Source: an uncultured Acidimicrobiales bacterium (GTDB lineage: Bacteria; Actinomycetota; Acidimicrobiia; Acidimicrobiales; RAAP-2). From it: DNA of 64,000 nucleotides. Location: positions 1,036,430 to 1,100,429 of the forward strand of contig CAVOTA010000002.1 in the NCBI GenBank assembly GCA_963699055.1, given 5' to 3'. How positions within the stretch are numbered: the stretch's first letter is position 1; each line of letters opens with the position of its first letter. The notes under the pieces are model-generated. The model was not told where the DNA came from and made no database searches. It saw only the letters and a program-made list of their open reading frames with translations. Shown here one piece after another: positions 42,302 to 51,426 of this stretch. The translations under genes were made by a program, and so were the position numbers.

Positions 42302-45300
42302 ATGCACACGACCCACCCCACCCGACGTCGTCGGCGGACCCTGGCGGCTGCCGGGCTGTCCGCAGCCCTGGCCGGCGGGATGCTCGCCGTCGCCACCACC
42401 GCGGCCGCCCCACAATTGGCCGGGGCGTCCACCACCGGGGTCGCCGCCACCTGGAGCCCCACGCCGGCATGTGGCTCGTACGCGACCGCCACACCACCGG
42501 CCGGTACCGTGTCGGCCACCATCACCGTGAAGGGCGCGGGCGGTGGAGGCGGCGCGACCAATTCGGGGTCCGGGGGCAGCGGGGGCAGCGGTGACGCCGT
42601 CACCGGGACCGTCCTGCTCAACCACACCCGGGGGGCGGTCTCGGTCGAGCTGGGCTGCGGTGGCGGTGGCGGGACGGAGAACGGCGGGTCCGGCTCCACC
42701 AACGGCGGCGGTGGCGGTGGCGGCTACGCAGCCGGTGCGGCAGGCGGCCCGGCCAAGGCCGAGACGGCCTCCGTCGACGGTCGGTCCTCCGGTGGTGGTG
42801 GCGGTGGGGCGTCCGCGCTCTGCCTCGGCACCACGGGATGCACCACCCTCGTGGCCGTGGCCGGTGGAGGTGGCGGCGGTGCCGGCCGCTGGGACTGCAC
42901 CGGATCCACGGGACCCGGATCGGGGGGCTCGGGGTCGGCGACGGCCACTCCCCCGACCGTCGACCCCGGCAACGCCGGCAGCAACGGTGACGGCACCGAC
43001 GGTGCCGGTGGCGGGGGCGGTACCGCCTCCGCCGGTGGTGGCGGCGGCAACGGTTACGAGCAGAGCGGGTCGGGGGGAGCCGACACCCCGACCTCGTCCG
43101 CCGGCGGGTCCGGCGGGACCGGCGGCTCCACCAGCGCCTTCTCCTACGAGGCCGGCGCGGGCGGCGGCGGCGGGGGCGGCGGCTACACCGGCGGTGGTGG
43201 TGGTGGTGGCGACGCCTGCGCCACCGGCTCGGACGCCGGCGGCGGCGGCGGGGCCGGGTCGTCGACGGTCGTGGCCACCTACAACAGCGCGACCACCTAC
43301 GGCGCAGGTTCTGCCGGTGGCGGCACCTCGACAGCCGGTACGGCAGGGACCATCAGCCTGACCTGGAACGTCGACAACCTCTCGGTGACCGATCCGGGCG
43401 CCCAGTCCGACGTCTCGGGCTCCGCCGTCCCGACCCTCACGATCGCGGCCCCGCACGACTCCACGGGTGGCAACACCGTCACCTTCGGCGAGACGGGCCT
43501 GCCCGCCGGACTCTCGATCAACCCCTCCACCGGGGCGGTCACCGGCACGCCCACCACGGCCGGCTCCTACCCGGTGACGGTCACGGCCACCGACAGCCAG
43601 GCCCTCAGCGCGTCGACCTCGTTCACCTGGACGGTCACCAACCACGTGTCGGTCGCCGGCCCGGGCGTCCAGTCCGGGCTGTCGGGTGCGGCCATCACCC
43701 CGCTCGACCTGTCGGCCACCGACTCGTCGTCGACGGCCACCATCGCCTCCTGGTCGGCCACCGGCCTGCCCGCCGGACTGTCGGTCAACCCCTCCACCGG
43801 GGCGGTCACCGGCACGCCCACCACGGCGTGCTCGTGCTCGGTCACGGCCACCGCCACCGACTCGGCGGGGTTCAGCGGCTCGACCTCGTTCACCTGGACG
43901 GTCACCAACCACGTGTCGGTCGCCGATCCCGGAGCCCAGACCGGGCTGTCGGGTGCGGCCATCACCCCGCTCGACCTGTCGGCCACCGACTCGTCGTCGA
44001 CGGCCACCATCGCCTCCTGGTCGGCCACCGGCCTGCCCGCCGGACTGTCGGTCAACCCCTCCACCGGGGCGGTCACCGGCACGCCCACCACGGCGTGCTC
44101 GTGCTCGGTCACGGCCACCGCCACCGACTCGGCGGGGTTCAGCGGCTCGACCTCGTTCACCTGGACGGTCACCAACCACGTGTCGGTCGCCGATCCCGGA
44201 GCCCAGACCGACGTGTCGGGCACGGCCATCACCCCGGTAGACGCCCCCGGCACCGACTCGTCGTCCACCACCACGCTCACCCTGTCCGCCACCGGCCTCC
44301 CGGCCGGACTGACGATCGACCCGTCGAGCGGGACCATCACCGGCACACCCACCACCGCGTGCACGTGCTCGGTCACGGTGACCGCCACCGACGGGTCCGA
44401 CTACCAGGCCCAGACCACGTTCCCCTGGACGGTGACCGACGTGGTGTCGGTGACGTCACCGGGCGACCAGTCGTCCACCTCGGGCACCCCGATCAGTCCC
44501 CTCACCGTCGGGGCGTCGGACACGTCGTCCACGGCGACGGTGGGCTACAGCGCCACCGGGCTGCCCGGCGGACTCTCGATCGACCCGTCGTCGGGCACCA
44601 TCTCGGGGACCCCGTCGGTGGCCGGTTCGTACTCGGTCGTCGTGACGGCGACCGACAGCGCCGGCTTCGGTGACACCGCCTCGTTCACCTGGGTCATCAC
44701 CAACACCGTGACCATGACCGATCCGGGCGCACAGTCCGACGTGTCGGGGACGGCGATCACCCCGGTCGTGGTGCCGGCCTCCGACTCGCTGGCGGGCGCC
44801 ACCTTGACCTTCTCGGACGGGGGCACCCTGCCCCCGGGCCTGACGATCGACCCGTCGACCGGCGACGTCTCGGGTACGCCGACCACGGCGGGCACCTACA
44901 CGGTGACCGTCACCGCCACCGACGACTCGGACTATGCGGCTCAGGTCACCTTCCCGTGGACCGTCACCAACACGGTGGCGGTGTCCGGGGTCGGGGACCG
45001 TACCGACGGCTCGGGATCGGCCATCACCCCGTACGCGGCCTCCGCCTCCGACTCGTCCCCGGTGGCCACGACATCCTTCTCGGCGACGGGGCTCCCACCG
45101 GGCGTGACCATCGACCCCGCCACCGGCGAGCTCTCGGGGACACCCACGACGGCGGGAACCTATCCCGTCACCGTGACCGCCACGGACTCGGCCGGGTTCA
45201 GCGGCTCCGCCGGCTTCACCTGGACCGTGACCAACTCGGTGGTGGTGACGTCGCCCGGTGACCAGACTCACCACCTCGGGCACGACGATCGCGCCGCTCG

Positions 45301-46283
45301 CCGTGGTCGCCACCGACTCGTCGTCGACGGCGACCGTCACCTTCGGGGACGGGGGGACCCTCCCTCCCGGCCTCGCCGTGAACCCGGCCACAGGAGCGAT
45401 CGCCGGGTCGCCGACGACCGGCGGGACCTACACCGTCGCCATCACGGCCACCGACTCGGCCGGCTTCCAGGGCTCGACGTCGTTCACCTGGCAGGTCGAC
45501 GACACCGTCACCGTGACATCACCGGGTGACCAGACCAGCCGGGTCGGCGCCTCGATCCTCCCGGTGACCGTGGTGGGTGCGGACTCGTCGTCCACCGCCC
45601 ACCTGACGTGGTCGGCCACCGGGCTGCCGAACGGTCTCACCATCGCACCGACCAGCGGGACGATCAGCGGGACGCCCGTCCACTCGGGCGCCTACGCCGT
45701 CACCGTGACCGCCACCGACAGCACCGGCTTCCACAGCTCGGCCTCGTTCACCTGGGACGCCGTCGGCGCCTCGATCACGGGGATCCGGCCCGCCACCGGT
45801 CCGGGTGCCGGCGGCACCAAGGTGTCGATCACCGGGAGCGACCTCGTCGGCGCCACCTCGGTGGTCTTCGGGACCGTGCCCGCCACCCGCTTCACGGTCA
45901 ACACCCACGGCACCAAGATCACCGCCTACGCCCCGGCCGAGTCGGCCGGCACCGTCGACATCGTCGTGACCACGCCCCAGGGCCCCACGCTCCCGACGAC
46001 CGCCGACCGCTACACCTTCACCGGTCCGGTGGTCACGGGACTGGGCAAGACGAGCGGGCCGGCCACGGGTGGGACCAAGGTCCTCATCTCGGGGACCGGG
46101 CTGACCGGTGCCACCGTGGTCCACTTCGGGTCGGTCGCCGTCACCACGTTCACCGTCAACAAGGCGGGGACCAAGCTCACGGTCTACAGCCCGGCGCAGC
46201 CGGCCGGCACCGTGGACGTGACGGTGACCACGCCCGGCGGCACCAGTCCGGTGGTGGCCGCCGACCGGTTCACGGTGACCTGA
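42302..46283 (+). CDS. Giant secreted protein (~1326 aa if repaired), interrupted by one +1 insertion
   Basis: It is pieced from ORFs 42209..45529 and 45258..46283. The domain order is signal peptide, polyglycine-rich domain, about 9 He_PIG-like repeats and 2 IPT/TIG domains. The ATG is at 42302 (MHTTHPTRRRRRTLAAAGLSAALAGGMLAVATTAAA). The Gly-rich domain spans nt 42470-43370 (CGSYATATPPAGTVSATITVKGAGGGGG...GTISLTWNV). The frame change is at 45266-45269. Confidence 0.88.
43622..44210 (+). repeat. About 2.2 near-identical tandem 267-nt coding repeats
   Basis: TTCACCTGGACGGTCACCAACCACGTGTCGGTCGCC starts at 43622, 43889 and 44156. Confidence 0.88.
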
Positions 46284-46514
46284 CCACCCGGCGCGTCCCA
46301 CGCGGTGACTCCCATCAGGTGGGCACGGTGGGCCGGCGCGCCACCCGTTCGGGGCGCACGGCACCGGACGGCTCGGTCCACGGGAGTCGACGATCGGGGT
46401 CGGCGACCGGTGGAGCAGCCGGGCCGTTTTGCAACCGTCGGGCCCTTGCCATTTGCGGCCCCTGTTGCCATCCTGGAGGTGGCGTACACGTGCAGCGCGG
46501 CGAAACGGGGCGAC

Positions 46515-46694
46515 GTGAGACTCAATCCAACGAACTCGGTACCGTGCGCGATGTGCGAGGTCCTCGTCCTGGCCGTTGACGTCCAGGCCCGGACCGACCC
46601 CCGCGTGCGCCGCCGGTGGGAGGGCCGTGCCCTGCTCTGCCCGGTGTGCGCGGCCAACCTCGACCGCGACCTCCTGCAGGCCGGCCGCCGCTAG
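46515..46694 (+). CDS. Small hypothetical CxxC...CxxC (zinc-ribbon-like) protein, ~59 aa
   Basis: This is the C-terminal part of ORF 46305..46694: VRLNPTNSVPCAMCEVLVLAVDVQARTDPRVRRRWEGRALLCPVCAANLDRDLLQAGRR. The start is uncertain; GTG 46515 keeps both Cys pairs. Confidence 0.3.
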   Translation: MRLNPTNSVPCAMCEVLVLAVDVQARTDPRVRRRWEGRALLCPVCAANLDRDLLQAGRR

Positions 46695-46799
46695 GTCGTA
46701 CCCGACGCCCGGGGACCGGACACCGCCGGGTACCGCGGGTCACCCCGGGGGTCGACCGGCACCGGGCGAGACGCGGTCCCACCCGGTGCCGTGCCCCTG

Positions 46800-46847
46800 C
46801 TGTTACTGCTCCAGCCTGCTACTGCTCCAGCCCGCTACTGCTCCAGC
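46800..46847. repeat. 3 x 16-bp tandem repeat spanning the stop codon of the downstream-facing gene
   Basis: The plus strand reads CTGTTACTGCTCCAGC CTGCTACTGCTCCAGC CCGCTACTGCTCCAGC. On the minus strand this is GCTGGAGCAGTAGCGG / ..TAGCAG / ..TAACAG, which reiterates the ...LEQ-stop end of gene 46835..47326. Confidence 0.85.
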
Positions 46848-47326
46848 GCGTCCTCGAGGCCCACGGCCACCAGGTCCTCGGGGTGGATCCACTGGTCGGC
46901 GAGGGCGATGCCGCCGGCGTCGACGATGGCGTCGCGCAGCGGGACGGCCCACAGGTGCTCGATCAGCAGGATGGCGGCGGCGGAACCGGCGGGGATCGTG
47001 TCGGCCACGAACCACACCTCCTCGTCGGGGATGACGTGACCGTCCGCTCCTTCGACGGCGCCCAATTCGGCACCAGCCTCGGCGTCACCCTCACCCAGGC
47101 CGATGAGCGCGCCGGCGATGGCACCGAGCTCCATGGCCTCGTCGGTCGTCAGGTCGCTCGCCTGCAGCGCCGTGATGTCGCCGTCGTCGTCCTTCTGCAC
47201 GACGAGCGCATCCAGGATGCGGACGAACTCGTGCTCGCGCAGGCGGTCGAGCTCCGCGGCGATGGTTCCGGTGAACTCGGGCTCGGCAAAGCCGAGCACC
47301 AACATCTGAACAGGTCCGATGGTCAT
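46835..47326 (-). CDS. Hypothetical acidic protein, DUF6325-like
   Basis: This is the C-terminal 163 aa of ORF 46835..47677. The ATG at 47326 follows GAGGAGGGA. The protein reads MTIGPVQMLVLGFAEPEFTGTIAAELDRLREHEFVRILDALVVQKDDDGDI. The family call is from memory of similar actinobacterial proteins paired with SHOCT genes. Confidence 0.6.
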   Translation of the reverse strand: MTIGPVQMLVLGFAEPEFTGTIAAELDRLREHEFVRILDALVVQKDDDGDITALQASDLTTDEAMELGAIAGALIGLGEGDAEAGAELGAVEGADGHVIPDEEVWFVADTIPAGSAAAILLIEHLWAVPLRDAIVDAGGIALADQWIHPEDLVAVGLEDALEQ

Positions 47327-47343
47327 GTTGTGGGGGTCCCTCC

Positions 47344-47613
47344 TCAGGAACTCGCGAGGATCTTCTGCTTCTGGGCGTCGAATTCCGCCTGGGTCAGGAC
47401 GCCGTCGTCCATCAGCTTCTTCAGGTTCTCGAGCTGGGTGACCATGTCGTTCCCACCCACCGCGGCCGGCGCGGGCGGGGGCTCGGGCGCGCCCTGCTGC
47501 TGGTTCGCCTCCTGGGTGGCCTGTGCCGCCCCGGATTTCTTTCCGGCATTGTGGGCCACGGCGGCGACGCCGCCGATGACCGCTGCTCGCCTGAGGGGCC
47601 TTCTCCTCATCAT
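47344..47613 (-). CDS. SHOCT-domain protein
   Basis: ORF 47344..47667, with ATG at 47613 after GGAGGA. A basic/hydrophobic N-terminus is followed by the C-terminal MVTQLENLKKLMDDGVLTQAEFDAQKQKIL. Confidence 0.7.
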   Translation of the reverse strand: MMRRRPLRRAAVIGGVAAVAHNAGKKSGAAQATQEANQQQGAPEPPPAPAAVGGNDMVTQLENLKKLMDDGVLTQAEFDAQKQKILASS

Positions 47614-47738
47614 GGTGGGGTCCTCCGTTCTCGATCCGCCGCCGGCCGTGTCCGGCTGCCTCCTCAACGTACCGCACCGGACCCCGGTCGGGGACGGGCG
47701 ATCGGGCGCGGGACGGGCGGCGGCGCGGGCAGGCGGGG

Positions 47739-48338
47739 GTGCGGAGCCGTCGGGGGGCGGTGACGTGGCGGTACCCTGACCCGATCGCCGTCGACCTCGA
47801 GTACCCCGACCCGCCGCTGTCCCGCCCGGGGTTCGTGCTGCGCCCGTTCCGGGCCGGCGACCACCCCGCCGCCGCGGGCTACGCAGCCGACGCGGCCACC
47901 GCCCGTTGGGTGCCCCCGCTGCCGGACGAGGACCCCGACCGGGTCGTCGCCCTCTTCGAGCAGTTCCGGTCCGACGGGGACCTGCTGCACCTGGTCGTCG
48001 CCGACCCGGACGACGACGCGTACCTCGGCGAGGTGATGCTCGTCATGGGCGACGACGACGTCGGCGAGGTCGGTTGCGGGATCCTGCCCGGCCGACGGGG
48101 TGCCGGGCTCGGTGCGGAGGCCCTGCGCCTGTTCGACCGCTGGTGCGTCGACACCGCCGGCGTGCAGCGCCTCCAGGCGCTGGTGGCTGCGGACAACCCG
48201 GGTGGGCTGGAGCTCGCCCGCCGGATCGGGTTCCACCGCGAGGGGGTGCTGCGTGGCTACTGGGCCGGCGAGGACGGCCGCATCGACGTGGTCATGCACT
48301 CGATGCTCCCCGGCGAGGTCCCCGGCGGCGGCCACTGA
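47739..48338 (+). CDS. GNAT family N-acetyltransferase
   Basis: ORF 47739..48338 with a GTG start (alternative GTG at 47760). The core reads GEVGCGILPGRRGAGLGAEALRLFDRWCVDTAGVQRLQALVAADNPGGLELARRIGF. Confidence 0.78.
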   Translation: MRSRRGAVTWRYPDPIAVDLEYPDPPLSRPGFVLRPFRAGDHPAAAGYAADAATARWVPPLPDEDPDRVVALFEQFRSDGDLLHLVVADPDDDAYLGEVMLVMGDDDVGEVGCGILPGRRGAGLGAEALRLFDRWCVDTAGVQRLQALVAADNPGGLELARRIGFHREGVLRGYWAGEDGRIDVVMHSMLPGEVPGGGH

Positions 48339-48389
48339 CGGACGGTGGCCCCGCCGTCGTGGGCGGCAGCCGATCCGAGGAGGAGCGCA

Positions 48390-49004
48390 GTGGCGAACGT
48401 CGTCCTGGCCCACGGGGCCTTCGACGAGCTGTGGGGACCCCACGAGATCACGTCGCGCTGGATGCCCGCGCGGCGCGACGGCCTGTGGCACCACGGGTAC
48501 GAGGTCGCCGACGACGACGTCCGGATCTGCTTCTCCGGTGACCTGTTCCGGCGGCGCCCCGGGTCCGAGGAGACCGAGCTGGTGGAGCAGTCCCGTGCCG
48601 GGATCGCCGAGGCGCTGGGCGACCTCCACGGCGGTGACGCCATCGCCGCGCTGGGCCAGGCGGCCGGCGACGCCGCCTTCGACCGCACGGTGGACATGGT
48701 GACCGTCATGGCCACCCAGCCCGATCTGCGGGACCGGCTGCGCGGCCGGATCGAGGCGGTCGTCGACGACGACACCCGGGTGATCGTGGCCCACTCCCTC
48801 GGCACCGTCCTCAGCTACCTCGCGCGCTGCAACCACCCCGGGTGGCCGGTCGACACCTTCGTGGCCCTCGGGTCGCCCCTCGGGACGTCGATGATGTCCG
48901 GCCTGCTCCCCGACGCACCCGCCGACGGACCGGCACCGTGGCCCGGACCGGTCAGCCGATGGGTCGACGTGCGGGCCGTGCCGGGCGGATCCCGTCGACC
49001 ACCC
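48390..49004 (+). pseudogene. Alpha/beta-hydrolase-like gene lacking a recognisable C-terminus and stop (possibly 3'-truncated)
   Basis: The GTG at 48390 follows GAGGAGGA. The protein begins VVLAHGAFDE and has the nucleophile elbow VIVAHSLGT (GxSxG type), ending around ...RWVDVRAV. The same frame then runs with no stop to 49682, antisense through the clearly real mftR gene. Confidence 0.4.
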
Positions 49005-49670
49005 TCAGCGGAGAGGACCACGCTCGGCGAACCCGGTGGCGAGCAGCCGGAACGCCCGGTCGACCTCGGACACCAGGTCGTCGCCGTCGCTGCGGGCCCA
49101 ACAGGCGAATGCGGCCATGGCCGCCCCGAGCGCGGCCCGGGCCACCGTCTGGGGTCCGAGGTCGTCCGGCGACCCGCCCATGCGGCCGGCGGCGAACCCG
49201 GCGACCACGTCGCACCACTCCTGGTAGCGCACGGCCGAGTGGGCCACCAACGTGGGCACGGTGCCGATCAGGACCATGCGGATCCGGAGCTCCTCGAGCT
49301 CCCCGGCGCCGAACCGGTTGGTGGCCATCACCGACCGCCGCACCACGTCCATCAGGGGTTCGGTGGCCGGCGCCTCGTCGAGTCGGGCCCGGAGGCGGAC
49401 GAGTTCGGCGTCGAACTCACCCCATACGACGTCCGGCTTCGACTCGAAGTACCGGAAGAACGTGCGCCGCGAGATCCCGACCGCCGCCGCGATCTCGTCG
49501 ACCGTGGTGGCGTCGTACCCCTGACGTGCGAACAGGTCGAGCGCGGCCCGCGCCACGTCCTGGCGCGAGGTGCTCGCCGGGCGCCCGCGCGACGGCTCCG
49601 TCGGCCCGCCCCCGGCTCCCCCGGCCACCGCCGTCACCGCTCCCCGGTCGTCACGCTTCCATTTTGGCAT
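49005..49670 (-). CDS. mftR: TetR-family regulator MftR
   Basis: ORF 49005..49814, with ATG at 49670. The HTH reads ALDLFARQGYDATTVDEIAAAVGISRRTFFRYFESK. It is divergent from mftA. Confidence 0.85.
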   Translation of the reverse strand: MPKWKRDDRGAVTAVAGGAGGGPTEPSRGRPASTSRQDVARAALDLFARQGYDATTVDEIAAAVGISRRTFFRYFESKPDVVWGEFDAELVRLRARLDEAPATEPLMDVVRRSVMATNRFGAGELEELRIRMVLIGTVPTLVAHSAVRYQEWCDVVAGFAAGRMGGSPDDLGPQTVARAALGAAMAAFACWARSDGDDLVSEVDRAFRLLATGFAERGPLR

Positions 49671-49673
49671 CGA

Positions 49674-49690
49674 GTGCACTGAAATTGCAC
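49674..49690. promoter_or_regulatory. Candidate MftR operator (inverted repeat GTGCA-N7-TGCAC)
   Basis: GTGCACTGAAATTGCAC lies in the 67-nt mftR-mftA intergenic region. Confidence 0.35.
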
Positions 49691-49737
49691 CAACCGCACG
49701 AGACCCGGCCCCGGCCGGCCGATCCACCGGAGGACCC

Positions 49738-49887
49738 ATGACCCCCACCACCGCCCCGGAGACGACCGAGGCCGACCCGGCCGAGCACGATGCCGCCACC
49801 CCCGCAGCGGGCACGGCGACGCCGCTGGTCGCGGGTGACCTGCTCGTCGAGGACGTGTCGATCGACGGGATGTGCGGCGTCTACTAG
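49738..49887 (+). CDS. mftA: Mycofactocin precursor peptide MftA (49 aa)
   Basis: The ATG at 49738 follows GGAGGA. The peptide ends ...LLVEDVSIDGMCGVY, the hallmark MftA C-terminus. Confidence 0.92.
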   Translation: MTPTTAPETTEADPAEHDAATPAAGTATPLVAGDLLVEDVSIDGMCGVY

Positions 49888-49924
49888 ACCGCGCCGCACC
49901 CGACCCGACCCGCAGACCGACGCC

Positions 49925-50218
49925 ATGAGCCAACCCACCACCGCACCCGGGTACGACGCGGCGCGCCCCTGGGAGCTCCACCCCCAGGTGTCGCTCCGTC
50001 CCGAGTCGTTCGGCGCCCTCGCCTACCACTTCGGCACCCGCCGGCTCTCGTTCCTGAAGAGCCGCACGCTCCTGACCGTCGTCGAGTCCCTGGCCGACCA
50101 GCCGTCGGGCCTGGCCGCCTGCCGGGCCGCCGGTGTGCCCGACGGCGAGCTCGACGCCTACGAGCAGGCCCTGGCCACCCTGGCCCGGACGGGCATGATC
50201 TGCGAGCGGGTCGCGTGA
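49925..50218 (+). CDS. mftB: Mycofactocin biosynthesis chaperone MftB
   Basis: ATG at 49925. The protein has PWELHPQVSLRPESFGALAYHFGTRRLSFLKS (PqqD/RRE-like). It sits between mftA and mftC. Confidence 0.88.
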   Translation: MSQPTTAPGYDAARPWELHPQVSLRPESFGALAYHFGTRRLSFLKSRTLLTVVESLADQPSGLAACRAAGVPDGELDAYEQALATLARTGMICERVA

Positions 50219-51426
50219 GCGGCACCGGCCACGACACCGGGTTCCGGCTGGTCGACCGGTTCGAGCACGGGCTCGACGCACCGATCTGCCTCACGTGGGA
50301 GCTCACCTACGCGTGCAACCTCGCCTGCGTCCACTGCCTGTCGAGCTCGGGGCGACGCGACCCGCGCGAGCTGTCGACCGACGAGTGCAAGGCGCTCATC
50401 GACGAGTTCGAGCGCATGCAGATCTTCTACGTCAACATCGGCGGGGGCGAGCCCACCATCCGGTCGGACTTCTGGGAGCTCGTGGCCTACGCCACGGCCC
50501 ACCACGTCGGGGTCAAGTTCTCGACCAACGGCTCGCGCATCACCGCGGAGGTCGCCGCCCGGCTGGCCGCCAGCGACTACGTCGACGTCCAGCTGTCGCT
50601 CGACGGCGCCACGGCCGAGGTGAACGACGCCGTGCGGGGCGAGGGCTCCTTCGCCACCGCCGTGGGTGCCATGGAGCACCTGGCCGCGGCCGGGTTCGCC
50701 GGCTTCAAGCTGTCCGTGGTGGTCACCCGGCACAACGTGGGCCAACTCGACGGGTTCAAGGCACTGGCCGACCGCCACGGCGCCCAGCTGCGGCTGACAC
50801 GGCTGCGCCCGGCCGGCCGGGGTGCCGACGTGTGGGACGAGCTGCACCCGACCGCCGACCAGCAGCGCCAGCTGTACGACTGGCTGGTGGCCCGGGGCGA
50901 GGACGTCCTGACCGGTGACTCCTTCTTCCACCTGGCGGCCTACGGGGACGCCCTACCGGGTCTCAACCTGTGCGGTGCGGGACGCGTGGTGTGCCTGGTC
51001 GACCCGGTGGGCGACGTCTACGCGTGCCCGTTCGCCATCCACGACGAGTTCCTGGCCGGCAACGTGCGCCACGGCGGCGGGTTCACCGACGTCTGGCGCA
51101 CCTCCGAGCTCTTCACCGAGCTCCGCTCCCCCCAGAGTGCCGGCGCCTGCTCGTCCTGCGGCCACTTCGACGCCTGCCGGGGCGGCTGCATGGCGGCCAA
51201 GTTCTTCACCGGGCTCCCCCTCGACGGACCGGACCCCGAGTGCGTCCTCGGCCACGGCGCCCACGCCCTCGACGCCCGGGACGGCTCGGCCACGCCGCGG
51301 CCCTCCCCGGACCACTCGGCACGGCCGCGCCGGGTGGCGGTGGCGGTGACCCCCACCCGTCGGCCCGACCGCCGGTGCGACGAGAGCCCGCTGGCCGGGG
51401 CCGGCACCGCCCCCCGGGCGACGTGA
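50215..51426 (+). CDS. mftC: Mycofactocin radical SAM maturase MftC
   Basis: ORF 50215..51426. It has the CNLACVHC (CX3CX2C) motif and SPASM-type Cys clusters (CGAGRVVC...YACPF...CSSCGHFDACRGGC). Its GTG overlaps the mftB stop. Confidence 0.93.
   Translation: MSGTGHDTGFRLVDRFEHGLDAPICLTWELTYACNLACVHCLSSSGRRDPRELSTDECKALIDEFERMQIFYVNIGGGEPTIRSDFWELVAYATAHHVGVKFSTNGSRITAEVAARLAASDYVDVQLSLDGATAEVNDAVRGEGSFATAVGAMEHLAAAGFAGFKLSVVVTRHNVGQLDGFKALADRHGAQLRLTRLRPAGRGADVWDELHPTADQQRQLYDWLVARGEDVLTGDSFFHLAAYGDALPGLNLCGAGRVVCLVDPVGDVYACPFAIHDEFLAGNVRHGGGFTDVWRTSELFTELRSPQSAGACSSCGHFDACRGGCMAAKFFTGLPLDGPDPECVLGHGAHALDARDGSATPRPSPDHSARPRRVAVAVTPTRRPDRRCDESPLAGAGTAPRAT

Noticed and set aside
35644-44388. 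Very long minus-strand ORFs (35644..38976, 37526..39148, 38989..41199, 42203..44179, 43567..44388) opposite the giant genes
   Set aside because: They are antisense shadows of GC-rich repeats. Their translations are Arg/Gly/Pro/Asp-rich and periodic only because the sense repeats are periodic. The plus strand encodes coherent signal peptides and Ig/IPT domains.
48345-49682. 445-aa ORF as a full-length hydrolase
   Set aside because: Beyond about 49000 it runs antisense through the clearly genuine TetR-family mftR gene, with an Arg/Gly/Pro-rich translation.
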